Shown in pieces: positions 8,580-17,022 of a stretch of DNA of 34,081 nt (position 1 is the first letter of the stretch; every line of letters starts with the position of its first letter). The notes beneath the pieces were generated by a model. That model was given only the letters and a program-made list of their open reading frames with translations. It did not search any database and was not told the origin of the DNA. The DNA comes from Verrucomicrobiota bacterium (GTDB lineage Bacteria > Verrucomicrobiota > Verrucomicrobiia > Limisphaerales > UBA11358). The stretch lies in assembly GCA_050011235.1 (NCBI GenBank), contig JBEKJN010000002.1, positions 1 through 34,081 of the forward strand. The letters run 5' to 3'. Made by a program: the position numbers and the translations under genes.

Positions 8580-10097
8580 ATGATTTCTAGCCATGAGCAA
8601 TTGGGGGGCGCTGCCGCCCGGAAGGTTTTTTTGGGCAATGCGCCTTGGAACAAACCGGGGCACATAGGCGTTCGCGCCGGCTGCCGCTGGCCGCACTTTG
8701 AACTCGCCATTTCACCCTACATGCCGTTCCCGTTTTATCTGGCCTACTGCGCGGCGCTTTTGAAAAGGAACGGCTTCGAAGTTTTGATGATTGACGCCAT
8801 CGCGGAAAAATTGAGCGAGGAGGTTTACTTCGCCCGTATGAAGGCGTTCGCTCCCGACCTGGTGGTGCATGAAGTTGCCACCGCGTCGATCCACACGGAC
8901 CTGCGGCAGGCGAAGAAGGTCAAGGAGATACTCCCGGAAGCGAAGCTGTTTTTTGGCGGTCCGCATCACTTGATGTACAAGCCCGAGTTCCTCAACAACA
9001 ACCCCGAAGTGGATTTCGCGGTCGAGGGCGAGTATGAATTTGTTGTGCTGCGGGTGGCGCAGAATCTCCATGGTTCCAAGGACGCTGTCCAGGGATTGAT
9101 CTATCGTGCGGCAGATGGCACGCCGAAATCCAACGGCAGGGCACCGCTGGTTGAATTGGGCGAATTGCCCTGGCCGGCGCGCGAATTTCTGCCGATGGAC
9201 ATTTATTGGGACAATCAGGGAAACATGCCCACCCCCTGCCTGCAGGTGCATGCCAGCCGGGGTTGTCCGTTCACGTGCAATTTCTGCCAGTGGCCGCAGT
9301 TGATGTATGGCGGCAACAAATACCGCATCCGCGACCCGAAGGACGTCGCTGATGAAATCCAGTTTTGCCGCGACACGTATGGCAGCAAGTCGTTCTATTT
9401 CGACGACGACACCTTCAACATTGGCAAAAAGCGCATCATTGCGCTGTGCGATGAATTCATCAAACACAAGCTCAACATGCCGTGGTCGGCCATGTCCCGC
9501 GCCGACACCACCGACATTGAGACGCTCCACCGCATGCGGGAGGCGGGCATGGTTGCCATCAAATACGGCGTGGAATCGGCCGACCAGAAGATCGTTGATG
9601 ATTGCGGCAAGAAGCTGGATTTGAAGGTGGCCACCATGAACATCAAGGAAACCATCCGTATTGGCATCAAATGCCATCTTTCCATGACCGTTGGTCTGCC
9701 GGGCGAAACCCACGAAACCATCCAGAAGACGATGGACTGGGTGGACGACGTGAACCCGGATTCAGTTCAGTTCTCCATTGCCACACCCTATCCGGGCAGC
9801 GTGCTTTACGATCAGCTTATTGCCAGTGGTCACCTGCTCAGCGGCGACTTCGATGAATATGACGGAGCCAACCGCTCCGTGATCCGCACGGACGCACTGA
9901 CCCCCGAGGAAATCGAAGAAGCCCATCACAAACTCGTGTCCCGCTGGCACCGGAAGCGTTTCATCACCAAACTGTGGCGGAACAAGGTTCACTACAGCAA
10001 GGAATGTCTCAAACATCCGGCCGTGGCCATGCGCGTGGTGGGGAACGCCTTCAAAAAGGTGGCGAACTTCGGCGCCGTGGACAAGAGTCCGGCTTGA
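8580..10097 (+). CDS. B12-binding-domain radical SAM enzyme (class B rSAM, COG1032-like)
   Basis: CxxxCxxC cluster motif ASRGCPFTCNFCQWP (Cys codons 9264-9287). The N-terminal Rossmann-like cobalamin-binding-type region spans KVFLGNAPW...GVRAGCRWPH...LMIDAI...DLVVHEVATAS...FFGGPH. The start is uncertain: there is no in-frame ATG near the 5' end. Candidates are TTG 8580 (the ORF maximum) or TTG 8601, which gives M-GGAAARKVFLGNAPW. Confidence 0.85.
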   Translation: MISSHEQLGGAAARKVFLGNAPWNKPGHIGVRAGCRWPHFELAISPYMPFPFYLAYCAALLKRNGFEVLMIDAIAEKLSEEVYFARMKAFAPDLVVHEVATASIHTDLRQAKKVKEILPEAKLFFGGPHHLMYKPEFLNNNPEVDFAVEGEYEFVVLRVAQNLHGSKDAVQGLIYRAADGTPKSNGRAPLVELGELPWPAREFLPMDIYWDNQGNMPTPCLQVHASRGCPFTCNFCQWPQLMYGGNKYRIRDPKDVADEIQFCRDTYGSKSFYFDDDTFNIGKKRIIALCDEFIKHKLNMPWSAMSRADTTDIETLHRMREAGMVAIKYGVESADQKIVDDCGKKLDLKVATMNIKETIRIGIKCHLSMTVGLPGETHETIQKTMDWVDDVNPDSVQFSIATPYPGSVLYDQLIASGHLLSGDFDEYDGANRSVIRTDALTPEEIEEAHHKLVSRWHRKRFITKLWRNKVHYSKECLKHPAVAMRVVGNAFKKVANFGAVDKSPA

Positions 10098-10163
10098 ACC
10101 GGCCCCAGCCGGTCAAAAAGGCGGGTGTTTCCGTTGATCGCTGACGGATTAATTTCAGTTTTC

Positions 10164-11087
10164 TTACCGGTAGAACGCAACGAAGTTGTCCCATGCCGCA
10201 CGCTCGTTCCACTCCGTCACCAGTTTCACGGCCAGTTCAGTGTTGGCGCGGGACAGCGGTTCGCTGAAATCCTCCTGTTTCGCCAGTTCCAATTCACAAG
10301 CCCAGCCGGTTCGCGCCTTGACTTCATGTGCAACGCGTTGGGCAAACTGCCCCTGTTTTTCGACGTAACCGCTGGGATTGGTTTTTATGAGGCCGTTTTT
10401 CATTGTGGCGGCGCGACTGACGAACTGGCCGTAAACCGCCGCGAGCAAATCCACGTGGATGTTGTCGCGCAGGTAATCGGGCGTTTTGACCCCGGCAGGT
10501 TTGCCCTCCCGCCATTGGCGCAGGAGATAAGCGGTAAAGCGCGCCTCTTCGAAAGATCCGAACGGATTGGGAATCACAAATTTCCCAAGCGGCACGCCGG
10601 CCTCGTGACAGCAATACCGGAAAAACTGAAAGGTCATGCCTTTGGACAGGCCATAGGGTGAAAACGCGCGGAGCGGTTCATCGCCCGCGCCCTCGTCCGG
10701 CTCGAAGACCGTCCCGGTGAGAATGACCGTCTTCAATCCGCGCTGTTTCATTGCCGCGAGCACGGCGCGGAGGTTCAGCGTGTTGTGATGGAGGGCGCGG
10801 GACGCATCGAAGTCGGGACTTTTGTAATTCCTGACCTCGGCTGCATGGTGGCAAAGCAGGTCGAAACGATTTTCACGGACGACCTGCAGAAAATTTTCCG
10901 AGCCGAACGGCGCATGCGGAATGAAACGGCCGAGTGGTTTCAGTTGTTCAATTCGTTGCCGGCGGACGTCGGCATAATGTTCCAGGTCGCCGGTCACGGG
11001 ACAGACGATTTCGTGTCCGGCGGCGGCGAGGGTTTTGACGAACCAAAATCCCGTGAACGAACTGGCGCCGGTGAAGAGGATTTTCAT
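10164..11087 (-). CDS. NAD(P)-dependent epimerase/dehydratase/reductase (extended SDR), last gene of the CDP-hexose module
   Basis: MKILFTGASSFTGFWFVKTL (a variant GxxGxxG motif) and catalytic YxxxK in FSPYGLSKG. It starts 10 nt after the RmlC-like stop. Confidence 0.8.
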   Translation of the reverse strand: MKILFTGASSFTGFWFVKTLAAAGHEIVCPVTGDLEHYADVRRQRIEQLKPLGRFIPHAPFGSENFLQVVRENRFDLLCHHAAEVRNYKSPDFDASRALHHNTLNLRAVLAAMKQRGLKTVILTGTVFEPDEGAGDEPLRAFSPYGLSKGMTFQFFRYCCHEAGVPLGKFVIPNPFGSFEEARFTAYLLRQWREGKPAGVKTPDYLRDNIHVDLLAAVYGQFVSRAATMKNGLIKTNPSGYVEKQGQFAQRVAHEVKARTGWACELELAKQEDFSEPLSRANTELAVKLVTEWNERAAWDNFVAFYR

Positions 11088-11097
11088 AAAGTCGGTG

Positions 11098-11643
11098 TTA
11101 TTTGAGCCAGGTGGCCGGATTGAAATCCGGCAGGTTGCGGTCCTTGTCCGAAATGACGATCGGTTCCAGCGGCCAGCGGATGCCGAACTTTGGATCGTTG
11201 TAACGGATGCCGCGCTCGTGTTCCGGCGAGTAATATTCCGTGACGAGATAAAGTGTCTCGGTCTCGTCCGCCAGCGTCATGAACCCGTGCGCGAAGCCTT
11301 TCGGGATGTAAAGCATCGCGCGGTTTTCCGCCGTCAATTCGGCGGTGAAATGTTTCAGGAACGTCGGCGAATCCGGGCGCAGGTCAATGATGGCGTCGAA
11401 AATCGCACCGCGAAGGCAACGGAAAATTTTATCCTCGGCCCGGGGCGGAAGCTGGCAGTGCAGCCCGCGCAGCGTGCCGCGGTGTTTGCTGAATGAGTTG
11501 TTGATCTGGACGATTTTGTGGTTGAGGCCGTGCTGCCGGTATTCGCGTTCGCAGAAAAAGCGCGCAAAAAAGCCGCGCTCGTCGCCGCGTTTTTCGAGTT
11601 CGATGAGGTAGGCGCCTTTGAGCGGGGTCTCGGTGAATTTCAT
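11098..11643 (-). CDS. RmlC-like cupin, NDP-4-dehydro-6-deoxyhexose 3,5-epimerase family
   Basis: 181 aa. MKFTETPLKGAYLIELEKRGDERGFFARFF...RGLHCQ...GFAHGF...YYSPEHERGIRYNDP is typical of dTDP-4-dehydrorhamnose 3,5-epimerase-type proteins. The start overlaps the rfbF stop as ATGA (11640-11643). Confidence 0.85.
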   Translation of the reverse strand: MKFTETPLKGAYLIELEKRGDERGFFARFFCEREYRQHGLNHKIVQINNSFSKHRGTLRGLHCQLPPRAEDKIFRCLRGAIFDAIIDLRPDSPTFLKHFTAELTAENRAMLYIPKGFAHGFMTLADETETLYLVTEYYSPEHERGIRYNDPKFGIRWPLEPIVISDKDRNLPDFNPATWLK

Positions 11644-12452
11644 GGCTGTGGTGCGAGCCAGGGCGGATTGCCGGATGCCACCATTTTCGTGAGTTGTTCG
11701 CGGTCACGCTGGGTGTCCATGCTGGCCCAGAAGCCGCGGTGGCGATAAACGTCAAGCTGGCCGTCACGCGCCAGGTGCACGAGCGGTTCGCGTTCCAGCA
11801 CGCAGGTTTCAGCCTCGGAAAGATATTTCTGAAAGGCGCGCCGGAAGAAAAAGAAGCCGCCATTGATCCAGTGATCTTCGATCTCTGGCTTCTCGGCGAA
11901 GGCAACCGCGTGGTTGCCCTTCACCTTGATTTCACCGAAGCGTGACGGGGGGTTGACTCCGAGAACAGTGCCGATTTTCATGCATTCGCGATGCTGCCGG
12001 AATTCATCGGTGAGGTTGGCGTTGGCCAGGCCGTCGCCGTAAGTCACGGCAAAATGTTCGGACGCGCCGAGATATTTGCGTGTGGCCTGGGCGATGCGGC
12101 TCCCGGTCATGTTTTTCTCACCGGTGTAAGCCAGCGTGACCTCCCAATCCAGTTTGAGCCGGGATTCATGAACAGTCACTTCGTTGGTTTTGAGTTTGAT
12201 GGTACAATCGGCGTTGTGCAGTTGAAAATCGTGGAAATAATCCTTTACCACCTCGGCCTTGAACCCCAGGCAAAGGACAAACCGTTTGAAACCGTGCCGG
12301 GCATAAATCTGCATGACGTGCCACAGAATCGGATGCTCGCCAATGGGCACCATCGGTTTGGGGCGAAACTCGGTTTCCTCTTTGATCCTCGTGCCCAGTC
12401 CGCCACAAAGGATGAACACGGGCACCGCCGACACGTCGTTTTTCTGGTTCAT
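11640..12452 (-). CDS. rfbF: glucose-1-phosphate cytidylyltransferase
   Basis: VFILCGGLGTRIKEETEFRPKPMVPIGEHPILWHVMQIYARHGFKRFVLCLGFKAEVVKDYF is the characteristic RfbF N-terminus, and the length is about 270 aa. ATG at 12452 (MNQKNDVSAVPVFILCGG) is preferred over the track start 12497. Confidence 0.9.
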   Translation of the reverse strand: MNQKNDVSAVPVFILCGGLGTRIKEETEFRPKPMVPIGEHPILWHVMQIYARHGFKRFVLCLGFKAEVVKDYFHDFQLHNADCTIKLKTNEVTVHESRLKLDWEVTLAYTGEKNMTGSRIAQATRKYLGASEHFAVTYGDGLANANLTDEFRQHRECMKIGTVLGVNPPSRFGEIKVKGNHAVAFAEKPEIEDHWINGGFFFFRRAFQKYLSEAETCVLEREPLVHLARDGQLDVYRHRGFWASMDTQRDREQLTKMVASGNPPWLAPQP

Positions 12453-12599
12453 AGCAGTCTTGCCTCCGGGGTTTGCCTTCGGAGTGCTTGGGAGCATAGG
12501 CGAAGAGCGCGGCGGTTTTCAACCGCCAAAGCGCCGTGCCAAAAACGCCTTGAGCCAGCCGCTTAAATCACAGACGCTACCAGAAAATTGAACGTGGCC

Positions 12600-13724
12600 A
12601 TGTCTCCTACCAAAACATCACTCCCAGCCTGGGCCAATCCTGTCGTTGCCGAGGACATGCGCCATTTGCGCGCTCAATTGCCGGAAGCCTCGCGGCTGGA
12701 TGGCGCGACGGTGCTCGTCACCGGTGCGGCGGGTTTTTTGGGCTATTACATTTCGCACTTTCTCTGCCATCTGACCGACGAGGGTGTTCGGCCCAAGGCG
12801 GTGGTGCTGCTCGACAAATTTGTGCTGGGCCGGCCATCGTGGATTGATCAACTCGCGGCCGCCTATCCCAACGTCGCGGTTCACAGTTTCGACATCGCCT
12901 CTGGCCGGCTGGAATCGGTGCGGGACGCGCGCACGGCGGATTATGTGCTGCACATGGCGTCCATTGCCTCACCGACCTTTTACCGCAAGCATCCGCTGGT
13001 CACGCTGGACGCCAACATTTGGGGCTTGCGCAACCTGCTCGATACCTATCGCGACACCAAACTCAAAGGATTGTTGTTTTTCTCCAGCAGTGAAATCTAT
13101 GGCGACCCGGCGCCGGAGGCGATCCCGACGAACGAGGAATACCGCGGCAACGTTTCCTGCGTCGGCCCCCGCGCCTGTTACGACGAAGCGAAGCGCTTCG
13201 GTGAAACGCTGTGCTGGGTTTTCGCCAACACGTTCGGGACGCCGGTGCGGGTCGTGCGCCCGTTCAACAACTACGGCCCCGGCATGACGCTCACCGACCG
13301 GCGCGCGCCCGCCGATTTTGCGCAATGCGTACTCAACGGCCAGGACATCGTCATCCATTCCAGCGGCGCGCCCACGCGGACGTTCTGCTACGTTGCCGAC
13401 GCGGTGGCCGGTTATTTCAAGGCGTTGCTGTACGACCGGTTTGAGGCGTTCAACATCGGCATCGAGTGCCCGGAAATTTCGGTGCGGCAGCTCGCGGAGC
13501 ATTTCCGGCAGGCCGGCGAAAAATTGACCGGGTACAAAGGCAAAGTCGTTTTTCAAGCCGCCACAGAAAAAGATTACCTCACGCACAACCCCGAACGGCG
13601 TTGCCCCGACCTCACCCGGGCGCGCACGAAACTGAATTACCAGCCCTCATTTTACGTGGAGGAAGGTGTCGAACGCTTTTTGAAATTTTTATGGCACGAG
13701 CAACAAAATCCCGCGTCGCGGTAA
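12600..13724 (+). CDS. UDP-glucuronate decarboxylase-like SDR (UXS/ArnA-C-terminal type)
   Basis: VLVTGAAGFLGYY, catalytic CYDEAKRFGETL and VRVVRPFNNYGPGM resemble UXS-type enzymes. It is followed directly by a Ugd gene. The track start is TTG 12588; the first ATG is 12600. Confidence 0.75.
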   Translation: MSPTKTSLPAWANPVVAEDMRHLRAQLPEASRLDGATVLVTGAAGFLGYYISHFLCHLTDEGVRPKAVVLLDKFVLGRPSWIDQLAAAYPNVAVHSFDIASGRLESVRDARTADYVLHMASIASPTFYRKHPLVTLDANIWGLRNLLDTYRDTKLKGLLFFSSSEIYGDPAPEAIPTNEEYRGNVSCVGPRACYDEAKRFGETLCWVFANTFGTPVRVVRPFNNYGPGMTLTDRRAPADFAQCVLNGQDIVIHSSGAPTRTFCYVADAVAGYFKALLYDRFEAFNIGIECPEISVRQLAEHFRQAGEKLTGYKGKVVFQAATEKDYLTHNPERRCPDLTRARTKLNYQPSFYVEEGVERFLKFLWHEQQNPASR

Positions 13725-14962
13725 TCGGCTTGGGCTTTGTCGGTCTGACTACCGCGCTGGGTTTCGCGCGCAAGGGTTTTACTGTGCGCGGCTTTGACGC
13801 CTCGACGCGCATCACCAAAAGCCTGCGTGCCGGACGGCTGCTTTTTCACGAGCCGCATCTGCCGGCGCAATTACCTGCGCTGGCCGGAAAGCGATTTTTC
13901 ATTTGCGGGAGCCTGGCGGAAGCCGTCGCGGACGCGGAAGTGATTTTTTATTGTGTTGGCACACCGCAAAGCCGCAGCGGTGCGGCGGACGTTTCGTTTC
14001 TTCAGCGTGCGGTGAGCGACACGTTGAAAGCGCTCCCGCCGAAACGCAAACCGACTTTGGTCATCAAATCCACCACACCGCCCGGCACCCTGGCCCGGAG
14101 CATCGTGCCCTTGTTCGTCAAGGCCGGACGGACGATTGGCCGCGACATCGGTCTGGCCAACAACCCGGAGTTTTTGCGCGAAGGGCTGGCGTGGGAGGAT
14201 TTCATCCAGCCCGACCGCGTCGTGATCGGTGCCGGTGACGATTTGAGCTTCAACGCTGTGGCAAAACTTTACAGGCCGTTCCGCACACGCGTCTGCCGTG
14301 TGACGCCGGGCACCGCCGAGTTCATCAAGTCGGTTTCCAACGCGCTGCTGGCCACGCTCATCAGTTTTGCCAACGAGACTTCGATGGTCGCCGACGCCAT
14401 CGGCGGCATTGACGTGAAGGCAGCGTTTCAAACGTTGCATTTGGACCGGCGCTGGTCAGGCGAGCCGGCGAAAATGACGAGCTACCTCTTTCCCGGCTGC
14501 GGGTTCGGTGGTTATTGTCTGCCAAAGGATATTACCGCCTTGCTGCACACCGCTCGTACGGCCGGCGTGAAAGCGGACGTGTTGCGCGGAGTCATTTCCG
14601 CGAACGATGCCATTGCGCGGCAGTTCGTCGGGAAAATTGTCCGTGCCACCACGCCGCGCACGCGCATCGGCATCCTGGGCCTGTCGTTCAAGCCCGGCAG
14701 CGACGACGTGCGCGAAACTCCCGCCGCGCGGATCATCGAATTATTGTTGAAGCATGGGCGGAAAAAACTGGTTGCCTATGATCCGATGGCCAACGAATCC
14801 TACCGGCGCGTTTACCATCATCCCATCAAATATGCGGACAGTCTGGCGAAGGCCGTCAAACCAGCGGAGGCGGTCGTGGTGCTGACGGCCTGGCCGGAGT
14901 TCCGCGCCGCGAAGAAACAATTCGCGGACAAACGGGTTTTTGACGGGCGTTATTGCCTTTGA
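13691..14962 (+). CDS. ugd: UDP-glucose/GDP-mannose 6-dehydrogenase family
   Basis: MARATKSRVAVIGLGFVGLTTALGFARKG (an NAD-binding GxGxxG motif) and the catalytic-Cys motif GFGGYCLPKD. ATG 13691 overlaps the preceding gene by 34 nt in another frame. The upstream 75 codons of the track ORF are out-of-frame read-through of the UXS-like gene. Confidence 0.85.
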   Translation: MARATKSRVAVIGLGFVGLTTALGFARKGFTVRGFDASTRITKSLRAGRLLFHEPHLPAQLPALAGKRFFICGSLAEAVADAEVIFYCVGTPQSRSGAADVSFLQRAVSDTLKALPPKRKPTLVIKSTTPPGTLARSIVPLFVKAGRTIGRDIGLANNPEFLREGLAWEDFIQPDRVVIGAGDDLSFNAVAKLYRPFRTRVCRVTPGTAEFIKSVSNALLATLISFANETSMVADAIGGIDVKAAFQTLHLDRRWSGEPAKMTSYLFPGCGFGGYCLPKDITALLHTARTAGVKADVLRGVISANDAIARQFVGKIVRATTPRTRIGILGLSFKPGSDDVRETPAARIIELLLKHGRKKLVAYDPMANESYRRVYHHPIKYADSLAKAVKPAEAVVVLTAWPEFRAAKKQFADKRVFDGRYCL

Positions 14963-14970
14963 TTTTCCCG

Positions 14971-15942
14971 ATGAAGTCAAAAATTCTCACTGCCGTCCCC
15001 GTCTGGAACGGCGAGCAATTCATCGAACAAACATTGGATTCCATTGCGCGCCAGACGCTGCGTCCCGACCGCGTCGTGGTGCTGGACAATTGTTCGACCG
15101 ACCGCACGGAGGAAATTACGCGCAGTTTCAAGGGCATCGCCTGCGAGTTTATCCGTAATCCGAGCAACCTCGGCCTGTTCGGCAATTTCAATCGCTCCCT
15201 CGATTTCGCCGAGCAGACGGAATACCTGCAAATCCTCCACGCCGACGACACGATTGAGCCGCAGTTTTACGAAGTGATGACCGGCCTGCTGTCGGATTGC
15301 GCCGGCCGGGGACTGGCCTGGTCGCTCGACGAGCGCATAGATGAAAACAATCAACATCTCAGCGACTCCGGCAGGCCGGACGGAAAAATTGAAGTGCTGA
15401 CCCGCGACAATTTTTTGAAATGGAAGGCGGAGATTGGCAATCAGGCCTTTTGCGCGACGCTGATGAAGACCGCCGGCCAACCTTCGCCCTGCCGTTTTCC
15501 AATGGATTATCCCATCGTCGGCGACATGATTTTTTGGGCGGCCTTCGGCGCGCATTGCGAAAAACTGGTTCACGTTCACCGGTTCCTGGCGAAATACCGC
15601 TGGCATGGTGGCAACCAGACGGTTTTCCTTGGTCCCAGCATCCGGGCGCTCGTGCTGGACGAGTGGCGGACGATGGAAGCGAATGAGGCCCTGCGCGGCA
15701 AAGGCTGGAGCTGGCATCGAAAACTGAAACAGAAAGGCCTGCTGGCGGTGCGCGCCGGCGTCAAGGCCACGCGTGTCCGCCAGAACGGAAACCTCGCCTA
15801 CTCGCGCGAAATCGCCCAAGCCGCGCGCGTCATCACCGGCTGGCCACTCTGGCTGGCGGGACAGGTCCTGGTCGAGTTGCGGGATTTTTATCTTTTCCGG
15901 ATTTTGGGCCGAAGGCGGCATCCGAAAAACATTTACAGCTGA
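14971..15942 (+). CDS. GT2-family glycosyltransferase
   Basis: KILTAVPVWNGEQFIEQTLDSIARQTLRPDRVVVLDNCSTDRTEEI...LQILHADD has the GT-A fold N-terminal pattern with a DxD-like motif. ATG lies 8 nt after the ugd stop. Confidence 0.85.
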   Translation: MKSKILTAVPVWNGEQFIEQTLDSIARQTLRPDRVVVLDNCSTDRTEEITRSFKGIACEFIRNPSNLGLFGNFNRSLDFAEQTEYLQILHADDTIEPQFYEVMTGLLSDCAGRGLAWSLDERIDENNQHLSDSGRPDGKIEVLTRDNFLKWKAEIGNQAFCATLMKTAGQPSPCRFPMDYPIVGDMIFWAAFGAHCEKLVHVHRFLAKYRWHGGNQTVFLGPSIRALVLDEWRTMEANEALRGKGWSWHRKLKQKGLLAVRAGVKATRVRQNGNLAYSREIAQAARVITGWPLWLAGQVLVELRDFYLFRILGRRRHPKNIYS

Positions 15943-15951
15943 AATGGGGAT

Positions 15952-16998
15952 ATGGTCATGAAGATACAAAAAATTCGGGTGCGACTGGTGGGTAATTGTC
16001 CCCTCTGCCGTGGGAACGGCGAGGTCCTTTACCAGGGCGTGAAGGATGCCAGTTCCGCCGCACCGGGCGAATGGAATTTCCGGCGTTGCATCAAGCTCAA
16101 TTGCGGGATGGTCTGGCTGGATCCTGCGCCCATTACGGAGGATTTGGGATTGACCTATCAAGGCTACTACACGCACGAGCAACCCGAGCCGGGCACAAAT
16201 TGGGTTCGTGATTTTGTTTGGGCCATATGGATGGGCTATCTGATTCAACGTTTCGGTTACCCGGCGGGCACGGTTCCGGCCTGGCAACGCGCGCTGGCGC
16301 CGCTGGCGTTGCTGCATCCGGGCGGGCGCGCGGAACTCGATGCGGCGGCCATGCATCTACCGGCACCGACTGGCGTCCGTCAAGTGTTGGATGTCGGTTG
16401 CGGGAGCGGAATTTTGCTGGCGCGAATGCAACGGTTGGGGTGGCAGGTGCAGGGTGTTGATTTTGACGAAGGAGCGGTCAAAGCAGCCCGGGCGCATGGA
16501 ATTCATTGTGCGCAAGGCGAACTGGCACCCCAAAATTATCCGTCTGATTTCTTTGACGTCGTCCATTTGAGCCATGTAGTTGAACACGTCCCGGACCCCT
16601 TTCCGTTGCTGGGCGAGTGCCGCCGCATCCTGAAACCGGGCGGTTCCTTCATCTGCCGGACGCCGAATGTATCTAGTTGGGGACACAAACATTTAGGAAA
16701 GGCATGGCAATGTCTGGACATCCCGCGCCATCTGAACCTTTTTACCATGCCGGCCCTCCGCCAAGCCGCGGTAACGGCCGGATTCAAGATTGTCCGCCTG
16801 GAAACCACCGTGCGCACCGCCTGGGTGTTTGGGGCGTTGGGTTACTGCATCCGTAGAACCGGCCGTGCCGAGTGGTCGGAACTGCACAAGCCGCTCAACC
16901 TCCTCAAGGGAATCGTCTATCAACAGCGCCAGCGACTGGCGTTACTGAGTGACAAACAAGCCGGTGACGAATTGCTGCTCATCGCCACAAAATCCTGA
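15952..16998 (+). CDS. class I SAM-dependent methyltransferase with an N-terminal zinc ribbon
   Basis: CPLCRG...RRCIKLNCGMVWLDP is a CxxC...CxxxxC zinc-binding module. It is followed by SAM motif I VLDVGCGSGILLARM, then GVDFDEGAV and VVHLSHVVEHVPDP. Confidence 0.85.
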   Translation: MVMKIQKIRVRLVGNCPLCRGNGEVLYQGVKDASSAAPGEWNFRRCIKLNCGMVWLDPAPITEDLGLTYQGYYTHEQPEPGTNWVRDFVWAIWMGYLIQRFGYPAGTVPAWQRALAPLALLHPGGRAELDAAAMHLPAPTGVRQVLDVGCGSGILLARMQRLGWQVQGVDFDEGAVKAARAHGIHCAQGELAPQNYPSDFFDVVHLSHVVEHVPDPFPLLGECRRILKPGGSFICRTPNVSSWGHKHLGKAWQCLDIPRHLNLFTMPALRQAAVTAGFKIVRLETTVRTAWVFGALGYCIRRTGRAEWSELHKPLNLLKGIVYQQRQRLALLSDKQAGDELLLIATKS

Positions 16999-17022
16999 TT
17001 TCTTTTCGTACCGCCGGCAATC

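Noticed and set aside
8712-9713. 333-aa minus-strand ORF inside the radical SAM gene
   Set aside because: It is antisense to the rSAM gene, which carries the CxxxCxxC motif, and has no motifs of its own.
10098-10113. GC-rich hairpin ACCGGC-CCCA-GCCGGT between the convergent rSAM and SDR genes, considered as a bidirectional terminator
   Set aside because: It has only a 6-bp stem. It is followed by an A-run rather than a T-run on the plus strand, and the T-run precedes rather than follows the stem on the minus strand. This is not a convincing intrinsic terminator.
14977-16356. 459-aa minus-strand ORF spanning the GT2 and methyltransferase genes
   Set aside because: It crosses the boundary of two well-supported plus-strand genes and has shadow-ORF composition.
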